Notes: generated by a model not told the origin, from the letters alone. Shown: positions 50,520-61,351, numbered from the stretch's first letter. The stretch: 64,000 nt of DNA from Candidatus Hydrogenedentota bacterium (GCA_963745075.1 CAVUWV010000018.1:160001-224000), one strand, 5' to 3'. A program made the numbers and translations.

Positions 50520-52226
50520 TCAGTCGATCCGCCGGACCTCGACGTAAGAGGCGCCACGGTTCTTGCCCGGGGCGGTGACCCAGCCGCGAACGGTCGCAGG
50601 ACCATCGGGAATGTAAGCAGCCGGGAAAGTGACCGCTTGCTCGCCCTCCTGGAGCGGGTGGGTTAACCGAACACCGCCGAGGGTGAAGTGGGCTTGGCCG
50701 GGGAAGGCTTTGTCGTCGAAGCGGAGGGTAACTTCGTACTGCCCTGGCCGGTCAACCTCCACCAACCAATAGCCGCCGTACCCGTAGCCTTCGTCGTTAC
50801 CTTCGCGTTGATCCTGTATGGTGAGAATCACGGGATTCTCCTCATGGCTTCCGATAACGATCCGCGGCGGCACAGCGGCCCGTATCCCGACGACGTCCTC
50901 AAACCACTCCTCATACTGGTGCCGCATTCGCGCGACGATATCAGGGTGGTCGGCAGCGATGTTCCGCTTCTCGTACGGGTCCGCCGCAATATCGTAGAGT
51001 TCGACGCCGTTTACGAGCTTGTATTGCTGCGTGCGTACGGCGCAACCGTTGTACGGTTCCGGGGTATCGCCCCGGTGCCATTGGAAGAACAGGGGCCGAT
51101 CCGTCCACGTAACCGATTTCTCTTCGAGCAGGGGCAGAAGACTACGCCCGTCCACGCGCATGTAATCCGGCACACCGAGTCCGCAGGCGTCCAGGATCGT
51201 CGGCATGACATCGATGTGCGCGCCAATCCGATCGACGACTCGGCCGGCTTTCAAATGTTTCGGCCAACGCACGAAGAATGGCACACGAATGCCGCCTTCG
51301 TAGACGGAGCCTTTCGCGCCGCGCAAATCGGCATTCCAACGCACGCCGTCCTTTGTCCCTTGCGGCCCGTTATCGGTCAGAAAGATGACCATGGTGTTCT
51401 CTGCCAGGCCGGTGTCGTCGAGCTTTTGCAGCAGCCGCCCGACGTTTTCATCGATGTTGGTGATCATGGCATAGGCTTTTGCCGTTTCGTCGTCGAGGCC
51501 CATCGCGCGGTACGGCTCAACGAGATCGTCGTTAATCGTCAGCGGAGAGTGCGGTGCGTTGGTGGGCAGATAGACGAAGAAGGGATCGTTGCGATGCCGG
51601 TCGATGAAGTCGATGGCGGCGTTGGTGAAGATGTCCGTGCAGTACCCCTCGTACTGCTTCAATTCACCGTCGTGCAGGAGGTAGGGATTGTAGTAATCGT
51701 TTCCCGGCGGGTTGGACGGCTGTCCGATGCCACCGCCTTGATGCACCAGCGACTCCTGAAAACCCTGGTCCATGGGACGCAGTGGGTAATTATCGCCGAG
51801 ATGCCACTTGCCGAAGATGCCCGTCGCGTAACCGGCTTGCGACAGCACCTCGGCAACCGTCGTTTCGTCCGGATACATCAAGGCCCGGCCGCGGTAGGTG
51901 TCGATGGCCCCGGTACGGTAGTTGTAGCGCCCCGTCATCAGGCTGGCCCGCGTTGGCGCGCATACCGGACAGACGTAGAACTGATCGACGCGTGCGCTTT
52001 CGTCGTGAAGGCGGTCGAGATTCGGGGTGCGGATGTGAGGATTGCCGTGGCACCCCAGATCGCCGTAGCCCTGATCGTCGGTCATGATCAGAATGACGTT
52101 GGGGCGATCGGCACTCGATGCGGCGTGGGCTTTCCGGCCGGAACGAGAAACGGCGGCGGCCAGTCCGGCACTCGCCATGACTTTGCCCGCCGCCGTTAGA
52201 AACTGCCTGCGATTCGGTTTGTCCAT
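50520..52226 (-). CDS. Tat-exported arylsulfatase (Cys-type)
   Basis: NRRQFL signal, PNVILIMTDDQG, CAPTRASLMTG, GKWHLG, DNG, YEGGIRVP. Confidence 0.95.
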   Translation of the reverse strand: MDKPNRRQFLTAAGKVMASAGLAAAVSRSGRKAHAASSADRPNVILIMTDDQGYGDLGCHGNPHIRTPNLDRLHDESARVDQFYVCPVCAPTRASLMTGRYNYRTGAIDTYRGRALMYPDETTVAEVLSQAGYATGIFGKWHLGDNYPLRPMDQGFQESLVHQGGGIGQPSNPPGNDYYNPYLLHDGELKQYEGYCTDIFTNAAIDFIDRHRNDPFFVYLPTNAPHSPLTINDDLVEPYRAMGLDDETAKAYAMITNIDENVGRLLQKLDDTGLAENTMVIFLTDNGPQGTKDGVRWNADLRGAKGSVYEGGIRVPFFVRWPKHLKAGRVVDRIGAHIDVMPTILDACGLGVPDYMRVDGRSLLPLLEEKSVTWTDRPLFFQWHRGDTPEPYNGCAVRTQQYKLVNGVELYDIAADPYEKRNIAADHPDIVARMRHQYEEWFEDVVGIRAAVPPRIVIGSHEENPVILTIQDQREGNDEGYGYGGYWLVEVDRPGQYEVTLRFDDKAFPGQAHFTLGGVRLTHPLQEGEQAVTFPAAYIPDGPATVRGWVTAPGKNRGASYVEVRRID

Positions 52227-52262
52227 GGGGCCCTCCGTTGTTACCGGCCGCCATGGACCGGC

Positions 52263-53363
52263 TCATCGTCTCAAGATACCACCGCGGCCCTGGCTCAAGA
52301 AAATCCCTTGCAGGTTCATCTTGAGTTCGTCCGGATTATCGCTGTTCCACTCGGCTTCTTCTTGAGATACCAGACCCTTCTTCACCAGCTCCACCAGACT
52401 CATATTGAAAGTCTGCATCCCATCTTCTTTGCCGCCGGCGATCGCATTCGGAATCTGTTTAAGATTGTTCTCTTTAATCAACGACGCAATCGCCGGACTA
52501 TTGAACAGAATCTCGACCGTGGGAACGCGCCCTTCCCCGTCTTTCGACATCAACAAACGCTGGGCCACGCAGGCGCGGAGCTGCAGCGAAAGCTGGGAGC
52601 GGACCTGGGCGTGATGGTTCGACGGGAACAGGTCGAGGATACGGTCTACCGTCAGCATCGCGTTGGTCGTGTGCAGCGTGCTGAACACCAAGTGGCCGGT
52701 TTCCGCGGCGGAGATAGCCGCCTGGAACGTTTCGGCATCGCGCATTTCGCCGATGAGAATCACGTCCGGGTCTTCGCGCATGACGGCGCGCAACGCCGTG
52801 TTGAAGTTCTGCGTATCAATCGTGACTTCGCGCTGACTGATAATGCTTTTCTTGTTGTGGTGGAGATATTCGATGGGGTCTTCCAGCGTCACGATGTGGC
52901 AGCGCCGATTCTCGTTAATCAGATCGATAATCGACGCGAGCGTCGTCGATTTGCCGCTACCGGTCGTACCCGTCACGAGCACCAGCCCGCGCGGCATTCG
53001 CGTAATCGCTTCGAGTGAGGGTGGGAGATTGAGATCGCCGAAACTCAGGATTTTGCCTTTTACGTGGCGCATGACAATACCCACGGAGCCGCGCTGCATC
53101 ATGCAATTCACACGGAAACGGCCCAACCCCGGCACGCCGAGGGCTTGGTCCGCGTCGCCCGACTCAAGAAACTTTTCCTTCTGCGCCTCGCTCATGATGT
53201 CATCCAGAAAGCGAACGGTATCCTCCGGATTCAGGGGCTCGGCTTCGCGAATAAAACGAATCACCCCGTCGATTCGCACAGCGGGGGGACTTCCGACCGT
53301 CAGATGTACGTCGGATGCACCGTTTTTGACGGCATACGTGAGTATTTTTTGGAGCGTTAGCAT
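52263..53363 (-). CDS. Type IV pilus retraction ATPase PilT/PilU family
   Basis: ASDVHL, GTTGSGKSTT, EDPIE, DPDVILIGEMRD, TGHLVFSTLHT, GMQTF. Confidence 0.95.
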   Translation of the reverse strand: MLTLQKILTYAVKNGASDVHLTVGSPPAVRIDGVIRFIREAEPLNPEDTVRFLDDIMSEAQKEKFLESGDADQALGVPGLGRFRVNCMMQRGSVGIVMRHVKGKILSFGDLNLPPSLEAITRMPRGLVLVTGTTGSGKSTTLASIIDLINENRRCHIVTLEDPIEYLHHNKKSIISQREVTIDTQNFNTALRAVMREDPDVILIGEMRDAETFQAAISAAETGHLVFSTLHTTNAMLTVDRILDLFPSNHHAQVRSQLSLQLRACVAQRLLMSKDGEGRVPTVEILFNSPAIASLIKENNLKQIPNAIAGGKEDGMQTFNMSLVELVKKGLVSQEEAEWNSDNPDELKMNLQGIFLSQGRGGILRR

Positions 53364-53756
53364 GTCCTATTCCCTTATGACCCCGATACTGCAAATAACG
53401 ATGGACTATAGCAAACGTATCGTCCTGTACTCAAAAATGCGAAGCGCGCTGTCCAAGGTCCGAGCTGAATCCTGCGCTCGGATAAACGTTCGATGCCTGC
53501 CACAATTGGGGATTATCGACACCATAAGCCGCTAGGTCATTCCCTGCCTTCACGAGGTAATGGAATAAAAACTTACATCCGAAACTGGGGACGCCGTTGC
53601 ACGCGCCCGTGCCGTTCGCCGGGCTGAGCGGCTTGGGATCCTTTTGGGTCACACCGCCCGTCACACGCTCTTGACACACCGGCATCGCATTCTTTGTAAC
53701 GAATTATATACGAATATCTTATAGCCAATGTCAGGCAAATTTCGGGTATACAATCG

Positions 53757-53768
53757 ACAACATGTTGT
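53757..53768. promoter_or_regulatory. Perfect 12-bp palindrome, candidate operator
   Basis: ACAACATGTTGT, 15 nt upstream of the -35 box. Confidence 0.4.
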
Positions 53769-53783
53769 GGAACCTTACAAATC

Positions 53784-53812
53784 TTGCATAGATATAGTAC
53801 TTCTGCTATAAT
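53784..53812 (+). promoter_or_regulatory. Near-consensus sigma70 promoter for the rSAM-like/KS/kinase operon
   Basis: TTGCAT, 17 nt spacer, TATAAT with extended -10 (TGcTATAAT). Confidence 0.75.
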
Positions 53813-53930
53813 GCCCACGATATATTGGGGATAATGCGAGGCCATGGAAGGCAATTATCCTCCTTATTGTGGTCTATGGGGGTGTAGTGATAGACCAAGG
53901 GTTTCCGTTCTGCGACGGCAAGGAGTGGCC

Positions 53931-55628
53931 ATGAAAACTCGCAGTGTGCTTGTCTACTGCCCAGGTTATCCTATTGATATTAATTCGCTTATACCAAATC
54001 GATTCCTTGCCGAAGCGGCAGGATGCCTCCTCGATGCGGGCCACACCACTCGGATTTGGGACTACGGAACGGTAGCGACTGCCGAGCGGCTCCTAGAAGG
54101 GAAGCTCAGCGACTTGGCCCGCGCGGTTGGAGAGTCGATACTTGCTGACACGGGGCTCAACCCGTTACGAACGCTACATACGCTTTGGCAGATCCGCGCC
54201 TCCGACAAACTGTTTTCACAGAGGCTTACGCGTCTGTGTCAGGAGGTCGCGGATGAATTGGCACATATGCGAGGCCTCCACTTCGTCGGCCTCTTGCTCC
54301 GCTCTGTTGAGGACATGCGCTACGCTGCGCAGATCGCGCAGATGGTCCGTACGAACCGGCGCAAGCTCCGCATTGTAGCGTTCGGTCCGTTAGTGGATCT
54401 CTATGGCACGTCGGTTCTTCGGGGCTACCCGGCGTTCGACTGCATCTGCCTTCGCGGCATCGAGTTAAGTCTTGTAGGGCTTGCCGAAAAGATCGACACG
54501 CCGCGGTTATGGTCAACAATACCGAACATTTTGTTTCGTGACAGCTCTCGGATCCGGGAAACGGAACGCCGGGATAGTCTCAGTCTTGGAAGCCACCCGT
54601 CGCCCGCCTACGAGCCCGATACGTACCCGGCGCTGCGCGCCGAACAGAAACTCAAGCTGTTTGAACTCGAAGACAACCGGGGCAAGCGCGGTGAGGGATA
54701 CGGACATCCCGACTTGGAGCCGGAAGTTGCGGTTCGCATGAAGCCGGTCACGGCGGTGGTCAACGAAATGTGGAAGGTTGCGACGTTGTACGGCGCCCGG
54801 GCATTCAGTCTGTGCGGTTCGGCGGCGTCGGCGTCTCACATGACGGCAGTAGCCCACGAATTGCTGCGACGGAGAATGGACGTAATCTATTCGCGAAGCA
54901 GTGCTGTCCAGGGCGATGTCCCGGCGATGTTCGGCATCTTGAAGGCTTCGGGGTGCGCGTCAATGTCGTTTATTGTAGACACCGGTAGCCAACGACTCCT
55001 GGAAGATTACTATGGTCGTGCGGTGACGGTCTCCGAGGTGGAATCGATTCTCAGAGCGTGTAAAGCGTCGGGGATCTATACGATTGCGCGCTTTACCTAT
55101 CCTTGCCCTGCGGATGACTACCATACACGGGCGGAAACGGTCCGGCTCGTGGAGCGGACGCGTCCCCATGCGGCGTCGGTGGAGTTTCCCCAAGTCGTTC
55201 CGCAATCGCGGTGGTTCCGGGACGGCGCGGCATTTGGGTATCGCTTTCGGCCGGAACGTGTCCTGTCGGACGCGACAGACTGCGTACGGCGATTTCCTCT
55301 ACCGCCCAATACCTGGAGCCGCCTCCCGGTAGGCATGGACGGCCTGAGCCCGAGCCAGGCGGTCGCGGCACACGACGAATTGGTGGCGGAGTTCGAGAGC
55401 CGGGGTATCCTTGCCTCCGCACCGGCCAATCTGGTCCAGTTGGCGCGGCTGGCGGGTTACGCGAAGCGTGAGCGCGAATTTGTGTCCCGCGTTTACGAGG
55501 AGTTTCTGACCGGAGATGCAGCGGGGATCGCCACCTTGGTCGATCAGTTCAACGAGATAGCTTGTGTACCGGCTAAGGGTGTAGCATTACATCCATTCGA
55601 CTCGTCGCGCGTCGCGGTAGGGAATTAG
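53931..55628 (+). CDS. B12-binding/radical-SAM-fold protein lacking the CxxxCxxC motif
   Basis: B12-like N-domain, LKASGC..M.F.VDTGSQRLL, F.YPCP.D; NRGKRGEGYGHP where the Cys triad is expected. AAGGAG RBS. Confidence 0.75.
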   Translation: MKTRSVLVYCPGYPIDINSLIPNRFLAEAAGCLLDAGHTTRIWDYGTVATAERLLEGKLSDLARAVGESILADTGLNPLRTLHTLWQIRASDKLFSQRLTRLCQEVADELAHMRGLHFVGLLLRSVEDMRYAAQIAQMVRTNRRKLRIVAFGPLVDLYGTSVLRGYPAFDCICLRGIELSLVGLAEKIDTPRLWSTIPNILFRDSSRIRETERRDSLSLGSHPSPAYEPDTYPALRAEQKLKLFELEDNRGKRGEGYGHPDLEPEVAVRMKPVTAVVNEMWKVATLYGARAFSLCGSAASASHMTAVAHELLRRRMDVIYSRSSAVQGDVPAMFGILKASGCASMSFIVDTGSQRLLEDYYGRAVTVSEVESILRACKASGIYTIARFTYPCPADDYHTRAETVRLVERTRPHAASVEFPQVVPQSRWFRDGAAFGYRFRPERVLSDATDCVRRFPLPPNTWSRLPVGMDGLSPSQAVAAHDELVAEFESRGILASAPANLVQLARLAGYAKREREFVSRVYEEFLTGDAAGIATLVDQFNEIACVPAKGVALHPFDSSRVAVGN

Positions 55629-56876
55629 ATGATGCATTCACGATCGGTTGTAGTCACCGGATTCGGGATACTTGCGTGCAACGGACTTGGGCGCGAAGCC
55701 TTCTGGAATGCCCTGAAAGAAGGGCGGTCGGGGATTCGCCGCATCGAACGTTTCGATCCGACGCCGTTTCCCTGCCAGATCGCCGGTGAACTCTGGGGTT
55801 TCGACGCCGCCGACTATCTTTCGAAAGCGGACGTCAAACGCTGGCATCGATACGTACATCAAGCCGTCGCCAGCGCCAAGCTCGCGGCTGAAGACGGGGG
55901 CCTTGCGGATGCCGGCTACGATCCGGAGCGCGTTGCCGTTGGTTTTGGAACGAGCGCGGGCGCACCGGACGAGTATTACATGAAGTACCGTACGTCCTTC
56001 GAAGAGGGCGGCTGGAGCAACATCGACAAGCTTGCGTCGTCGACGTCTTCGGGCCACGCGGCGACCGCCAATGTGTCGGCCACGCTACACGCGCGCGGTC
56101 CCGCGACGACGATCGCCAGTGGTTGCGCCACGGGGCTTGACGTCATCGCGTGGGGCGCCAATCAGATTCGCCGTGGGCTTGCCGACGCGGCCATCTGCGG
56201 CGCGTCGGAAGCGCCCCTCACGGAACTGACGTTGGGCGCGACCTGTTCCCTGGGGATTCTCTCCAAACGTAACGATGAACCGACCAAGGCGATGCGCCCC
56301 TTCGACCGCGACAGCGACGGTATTGTGCTGAGCGAGGGGGCCGGCGCGGTAATCCTCGAGAGCGCGGAGAACGCGGTGGCGCGGGGTGCGCGCATTTATG
56401 CGGAACTTTGCGGGTACGGAACGGCGGCGGAAGGGCAAAACGCACTGATTCTGGATAAGGAGGGCAAGGCCCTGGCGCGGGCGATCACCATGGCATTGCG
56501 GGAAGGGGGACTCGCCCCGGAAGATGTTGACGGAGCGGCCTGTCACGGCGTATCGCTCCCGGCATACGATCGCAGCGAGACCAGCGCCTATAAAGAGGCA
56601 TTGGGACAACACGCGTACCGAATCCCCATCACGGCGTGCAAATCCATGACGGGGCAACCGTATTCGGCGGGGGGGATTCTGAACGTCGGCGCCGCACTAT
56701 TTGCGTTGTGCACCGGGATCGTGCCGCCGACGATCAATCTGGACGAACCCGATCCGGCCTGCGACCTCGATTTTGTACCTAAACAAGCGCGGTATAATGA
56801 CGTTAGAGTAATCCTCGTTACTGCGATGAGTTTTGGAGGCACCCACGGGGCGCTTGTAATGCGAAAGAGTAGCTGA
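55629..56876 (+). CDS. FabF-like beta-ketoacyl synthase with atypical active site
   Basis: VVVTGFG, SGCATG (Cys), RPFD.D.DG.V.SEG, CHGVS (His), KSMTGQ (His->Gln), PPTINL, SFGGTH. Confidence 0.9.
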   Translation: MMHSRSVVVTGFGILACNGLGREAFWNALKEGRSGIRRIERFDPTPFPCQIAGELWGFDAADYLSKADVKRWHRYVHQAVASAKLAAEDGGLADAGYDPERVAVGFGTSAGAPDEYYMKYRTSFEEGGWSNIDKLASSTSSGHAATANVSATLHARGPATTIASGCATGLDVIAWGANQIRRGLADAAICGASEAPLTELTLGATCSLGILSKRNDEPTKAMRPFDRDSDGIVLSEGAGAVILESAENAVARGARIYAELCGYGTAAEGQNALILDKEGKALARAITMALREGGLAPEDVDGAACHGVSLPAYDRSETSAYKEALGQHAYRIPITACKSMTGQPYSAGGILNVGAALFALCTGIVPPTINLDEPDPACDLDFVPKQARYNDVRVILVTAMSFGGTHGALVMRKSS

Positions 56877-59386
56877 TGCACGACGGCGTGACATCGTTCT
56901 TTCTCTTGCTTTCCGCGGCTTCGTGTATCGCACTGGCCGCTGTCGTCCTTCTGCGCAATCCTCGCCGCACCACGAATATCGCCTTCGGGATCCTGTGCGC
57001 CAACCTCGTGCTTTGGACGATCGGGGTGTTTACGATCATCCACGTCACCCATCCCGACACCGCGGTGTTCTGCATACGCTTGACCTTTGCGGTCTCGTGT
57101 TTCCTGCCGGCAACGTTCTATCTGTTCATCGGGTTCTTCCCCCGTGGGGTGTTCGACGGGGTCAAGGGCCTGTTTGTTTTTTATTGCGTATTCGGCGTCG
57201 TTATGAGCGTCCTGGCCATTCTGCCGGGACCCTGGTATCTGAATGACGTCGCCGTATCGGACTTGGGCCAGCCGTTGCCGGATTATGGCCCGGTGTTTCA
57301 GGCCTACTTCGTTGTCTGCGCGTTCACGTTCGTCGTACTGCACGTAAACCTGATTCGGAAACTGCGCGGTTCTTCCGGTATCGCGCGCCGCCAGATCCAG
57401 CACGTCCTCCTCGGAATCTTCGCATCCACGCTGCTCGGATTTTCGACCAACATCATGGGGCCCGCGCTCGGAATCAGGTCCGGCGAAGAATACGGACCCG
57501 TTTTCGTGATGCTGATGACGGCCGCGTTCGCGTACGCGATGATCCGCTATCACCTCATGGATATCTGGGTGATTTTCTCGACGACGACGGTCTATGCGGC
57601 CGCGACGGGGGCGGTCATCCTGGTCTTCTTGAGCACGATCTCGCTCGTGCACTGGGTCTTCCGAACGCGCGGCGGCGCGAGCGAGGTGCTTTCCACGATC
57701 CTGGCCGCAGTCGTCATTGTGCTGATTCTGGAACCGCTGAAAGAACGGATGCAGTTGCTTCTCAATCGAACCGTGCTCAAGCGGCGTTACGATGTCAATC
57801 GGCTGCTCGCGCGGGCCAGTAAGCACGCCTCCGAAAGTGTGGTGCTCGACGAACTCCTCGAGACCGTTTGTGAAGACATTCAAAGAACCGTGGGCGCGAG
57901 CGTCGTGCGGGTCCTTCTGATCGACGAGCGGGATCCCAACACTCTGGTCACGGAATACTCGAGCCGGGCCCGGGAGCGCGGCAGCCGGGCGAGCGATTAT
58001 TCCCTGCTTCTGGACTACCTGCGCGATCACCGGGAACCCGTGTTGCTGGAGGCCATCGTTCATGCACGCGTGACACCCGAGCGGGCACAGCTCGCCGAAA
58101 TGCTCGCGGAACTGGACGCGTATCTGTGCCTGCCGCTGAAGCGAACGACCGGTCTCGTGGGCATCCTCACGCTGGGGCAAAAGCTTTCGCGGGATATCTA
58201 TTCGTCGGAAGACGTGGTGGCGTTTACTGCGTTGGCAACGCCACTAACCACGGCCATCGAGAATGCCCGGCTGTACGCGGAGTTGGAGCAAGCGAACCAG
58301 CACCGCGAACGACTACTCAGCAATATGCGGGGCGGTGTCGTGTCGGTGGACACGGACGGCTGCGTCACCACGGTGAACGCGGGCGCGGTGGAGATTCTAG
58401 GCCCCATCGAGCTGGGTCAACACATGCAGACGATTACGCCTCAGGTGGCGCGAATCCTGCAACGCACCCTGGAGGACCGGCGCGCCATTAGCGATTTCGA
58501 GACAGTCATCGTGCGGCCCGATTCCGAACGCATCCCCGTCGTGATGTCGTCGTCTTGCCTGGAAACGGGCGAAGGCGAAGTGACCGGGTCCATGGTGGTC
58601 CTTTACGACCTCACCCAGGTCAAGCGGCTGGAACAGAACGTCCAACGTGCGCACCGGTTGTCGTCGATCGGCACCTTGGCGGCCGGTATGGCGCACGAAA
58701 TCAAGAATCCCCTGGTATCGATCAAGACCTTCAGCCAGCTTTTGCTGGAACGCTACGACGACCCCGATTTCCGGGACACCTTCACGGATATCGTCCCGAA
58801 TGAGGTCGAGCGAATCGACTCGATCGTGACCCGATTGCTGCATTTCGCCCGGCCCCGGCCGGCGAGTTTTGCGCCACAGAACCTTCGTGCTATTATTGGG
58901 GAGGTTCTTGTGCTCGTAGAGAACCAGTTTCGGAAGGGGAATATTACCGTTGAGACGGACTTTCCTGGCGCAGATGTGGGTGTTTATGGGGATGAACAGC
59001 TTCTCCATCAGGTGTTTCTCAACCTGGTCCTCAATGCCATTGACGCCATGAAGGACGTCAGAACCGGGGCCAAATTGGCGGTTCACGTCGAATACGGCCG
59101 CATGGTTCTCCGCCGCAACGGCCACGACCCCCTCCCCGATGCGGACTGTGTGCGGGTTTCGCTCTCTGACTCGGGAATTGGGATCAGTGCGGAGAGCTTG
59201 GAACGGATTTTCACGCCGTTCTATACGACGAAAGATGAAGGCACCGGCCTGGGACTGGCCGTCGTGCACGGAATCGTAACGGAACATGGGGGTTCCATTT
59301 ACGTCGAAAGCGAGCCAGGCGAAGGCACCACCTTCGTCATCACACTGCCCTCGGCAAAAGTCATGTCGGGCGTCAAGGGCGAGTAA
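56876..59386 (+). CDS. Membrane sensor histidine kinase (multi-TM/7TM-like, GAF, PAS, HisKA, HATPase)
   Basis: About 9 TM helices, AIENARLY, LAAGMAHEIKNPL, NLVLNAIDAM, FYTTK.EGTGLGL. Confidence 0.92.
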   Translation: MHDGVTSFFLLLSAASCIALAAVVLLRNPRRTTNIAFGILCANLVLWTIGVFTIIHVTHPDTAVFCIRLTFAVSCFLPATFYLFIGFFPRGVFDGVKGLFVFYCVFGVVMSVLAILPGPWYLNDVAVSDLGQPLPDYGPVFQAYFVVCAFTFVVLHVNLIRKLRGSSGIARRQIQHVLLGIFASTLLGFSTNIMGPALGIRSGEEYGPVFVMLMTAAFAYAMIRYHLMDIWVIFSTTTVYAAATGAVILVFLSTISLVHWVFRTRGGASEVLSTILAAVVIVLILEPLKERMQLLLNRTVLKRRYDVNRLLARASKHASESVVLDELLETVCEDIQRTVGASVVRVLLIDERDPNTLVTEYSSRARERGSRASDYSLLLDYLRDHREPVLLEAIVHARVTPERAQLAEMLAELDAYLCLPLKRTTGLVGILTLGQKLSRDIYSSEDVVAFTALATPLTTAIENARLYAELEQANQHRERLLSNMRGGVVSVDTDGCVTTVNAGAVEILGPIELGQHMQTITPQVARILQRTLEDRRAISDFETVIVRPDSERIPVVMSSSCLETGEGEVTGSMVVLYDLTQVKRLEQNVQRAHRLSSIGTLAAGMAHEIKNPLVSIKTFSQLLLERYDDPDFRDTFTDIVPNEVERIDSIVTRLLHFARPRPASFAPQNLRAIIGEVLVLVENQFRKGNITVETDFPGADVGVYGDEQLLHQVFLNLVLNAIDAMKDVRTGAKLAVHVEYGRMVLRRNGHDPLPDADCVRVSLSDSGIGISAESLERIFTPFYTTKDEGTGLGLAVVHGIVTEHGGSIYVESEPGEGTTFVITLPSAKVMSGVKGE

Positions 59387-59389
59387 CCT

Positions 59390-61350
59390 ATGCATGTCGT
59401 TCTAGTGATTGCGGAAGAGCGCGCGATCCGTGAAGCGATCGGCGCTTCCTTGCGCGACACCTCCCACATCGTGTTCGAGACCGACGTGGACGCGGCCCTG
59501 CGCCGGCTGATCTCGATTCATGCCGACGCGATCATTCTGGACGACACGCCTAAGTTGGGGCTTAGCGCGTTGACCCGGATCGTGAAAGCCACGATGCATC
59601 TTCCGATCATTATGCTGTCGTCCCGCGGGGATTCCGAGACCCGGGCCGGTTTCACTTTGGCCGGAGCGGCCGTTTGTCTGCCCAAACCCTTTTCGTACGA
59701 TGACCTGATTGGCGCGATTAACCATGTGATTGAACCGCCGGAATCACCGCCCGAGTCCGTGCCCGTACAGGTAAGCGAACCGTCCAATTCCACCATCGTC
59801 AGCCAGTATCAAACGGCCATGCGCTGGCTGAACCGGTTCATGTCCAGCATTGAAGACACGAACCGGCTCGAGTACGTGCTGTCGGACGCCCTCGTGGATG
59901 TGTTCGATCCGTCACGATGCGCGGTCCTACTGGATCGGGAAGGCGCGGTGCGGATTGCCGCGAGCCACGGAGTCTCCCCCAGCGTGGCGCAGACGCTCCG
60001 GCTGGAGTACGCCTCCGGTCTGATGCGTTGGTTCGAGGTCAACCCCTATTTGATCGACAAGGCGGCGACCCGGTCGCTTTCCGCGGCCAAGGAAATGCAC
60101 CTTCTGGGCGCACGGCTCGGGGTACCGCTTTTATGCCGCGGTCGCGTCACGGGGGCTCTCGTCATCGGAGACAAGTCCGCGGGCCGCGAATACGGCTCGG
60201 AAGAACGGGAACTCTTGACGACACTCGCACGCGCCGCGGGAACCGCGCTTGAAAACGCGGAACTGCACGGCGATCTGGTTGGACAGCAAGGGCATCTCAA
60301 CACGGTGCTCGAGCACCTTGCTTCGGGTGTCGTCGTGGTGGACGGCGACAAGACCATTCGTCTGCTAAACCACAGCGCGGAGCGCATCCTGCAGATCCGG
60401 GCGATCGACGTCGTGGGTCGCAGCGTACAGAAACTGGGCTCCGGCTTTGCCGATGTGGTGCTTCGCGTATTGATGCAGCGCAAGGCCTTACTCCGGCAAG
60501 AAATCCGCGACGCGGCAGTCAGCACGAAGATCGGGTTAAGCGCCGCGCCATTGGGCGACGACGGTGTCGTGGTTATCTTTTCAAAGTTGCCGAAACAGCC
60601 CCAGGCCAAGGAAGATATCGAATACAGTCCCTACTGGGAGTACTTGTCGGCGCGCGTGGCACAGGAGATCAAGAACCCGCTGGTGGCAATCAACACGTTT
60701 GCGCAACTGTTGCCGCGGAAATACGAATCCGAGGATTTTCGAAGTCAGTTCGGCTCGGTGATGCAGCGGGAAGTCGATCGGATCAATCGCGTTGTCGAGA
60801 CGTTGTTTGATTTTGCGCGCCATCCAAGGCTCGTATTGCAGCCGCTCAGTGTGAACGACGTGGTCGAGCGTGTGTTGAACACCTTTGAAGACGAAGCACG
60901 GAACCGGAGCATCATCATTCAGCGCAATCTTGACCCGGTCGTGCCCACGGCGAATCTCGATCCGCTGTTCTTCGCGCAAGCCGTGCACAATGTGGTGCAG
61001 AACGCCTTCGATGCCATGCCAAACGGCGGTGAACTCAAGGTCACGAGCCGTCCCCGCGATGAAGGCAGCGAAATACTGATTGCGGACACGGGTTCCGGGA
61101 TTCCCGAGCAGGTGGCGCCATTGGTATTTCTGCCGTTTTTCGGAACGCGTGAAAACGGCATGGGGCTTGGCCTTACGGTCGCGAGACGAATCGCGAAACA
61201 GCATCATGGGGAACTGAAACTGCTCGCAAGCGAATCGGGCAGCGCGTTTGCATTTCGAATTCCGAACGCAAATGCGGTACGGGATCCGGTGGAGTCTTTC
61301 GAGCGAACCAAACACGACCAGGACATTCCCCTGGCATCGGGCATTGTCTA

Positions 61351-61351
<1 letters not shown>
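59390..61351 (+). CDS. REC-like-GAF-PAS histidine-kinase-like protein with His->Gln in the H-box
   Basis: VAQEIKNPL in place of MAHEIKNPL, NVVQNAFDAM, ADTGSGI, FFGTRENGMGLGL. Confidence 0.85.

Noticed and set aside
53844..53930. Longer start for the radical-SAM-like gene
   Set aside because: ATG 53931 has a clear AAGGAG RBS and begins the predicted first beta strand.
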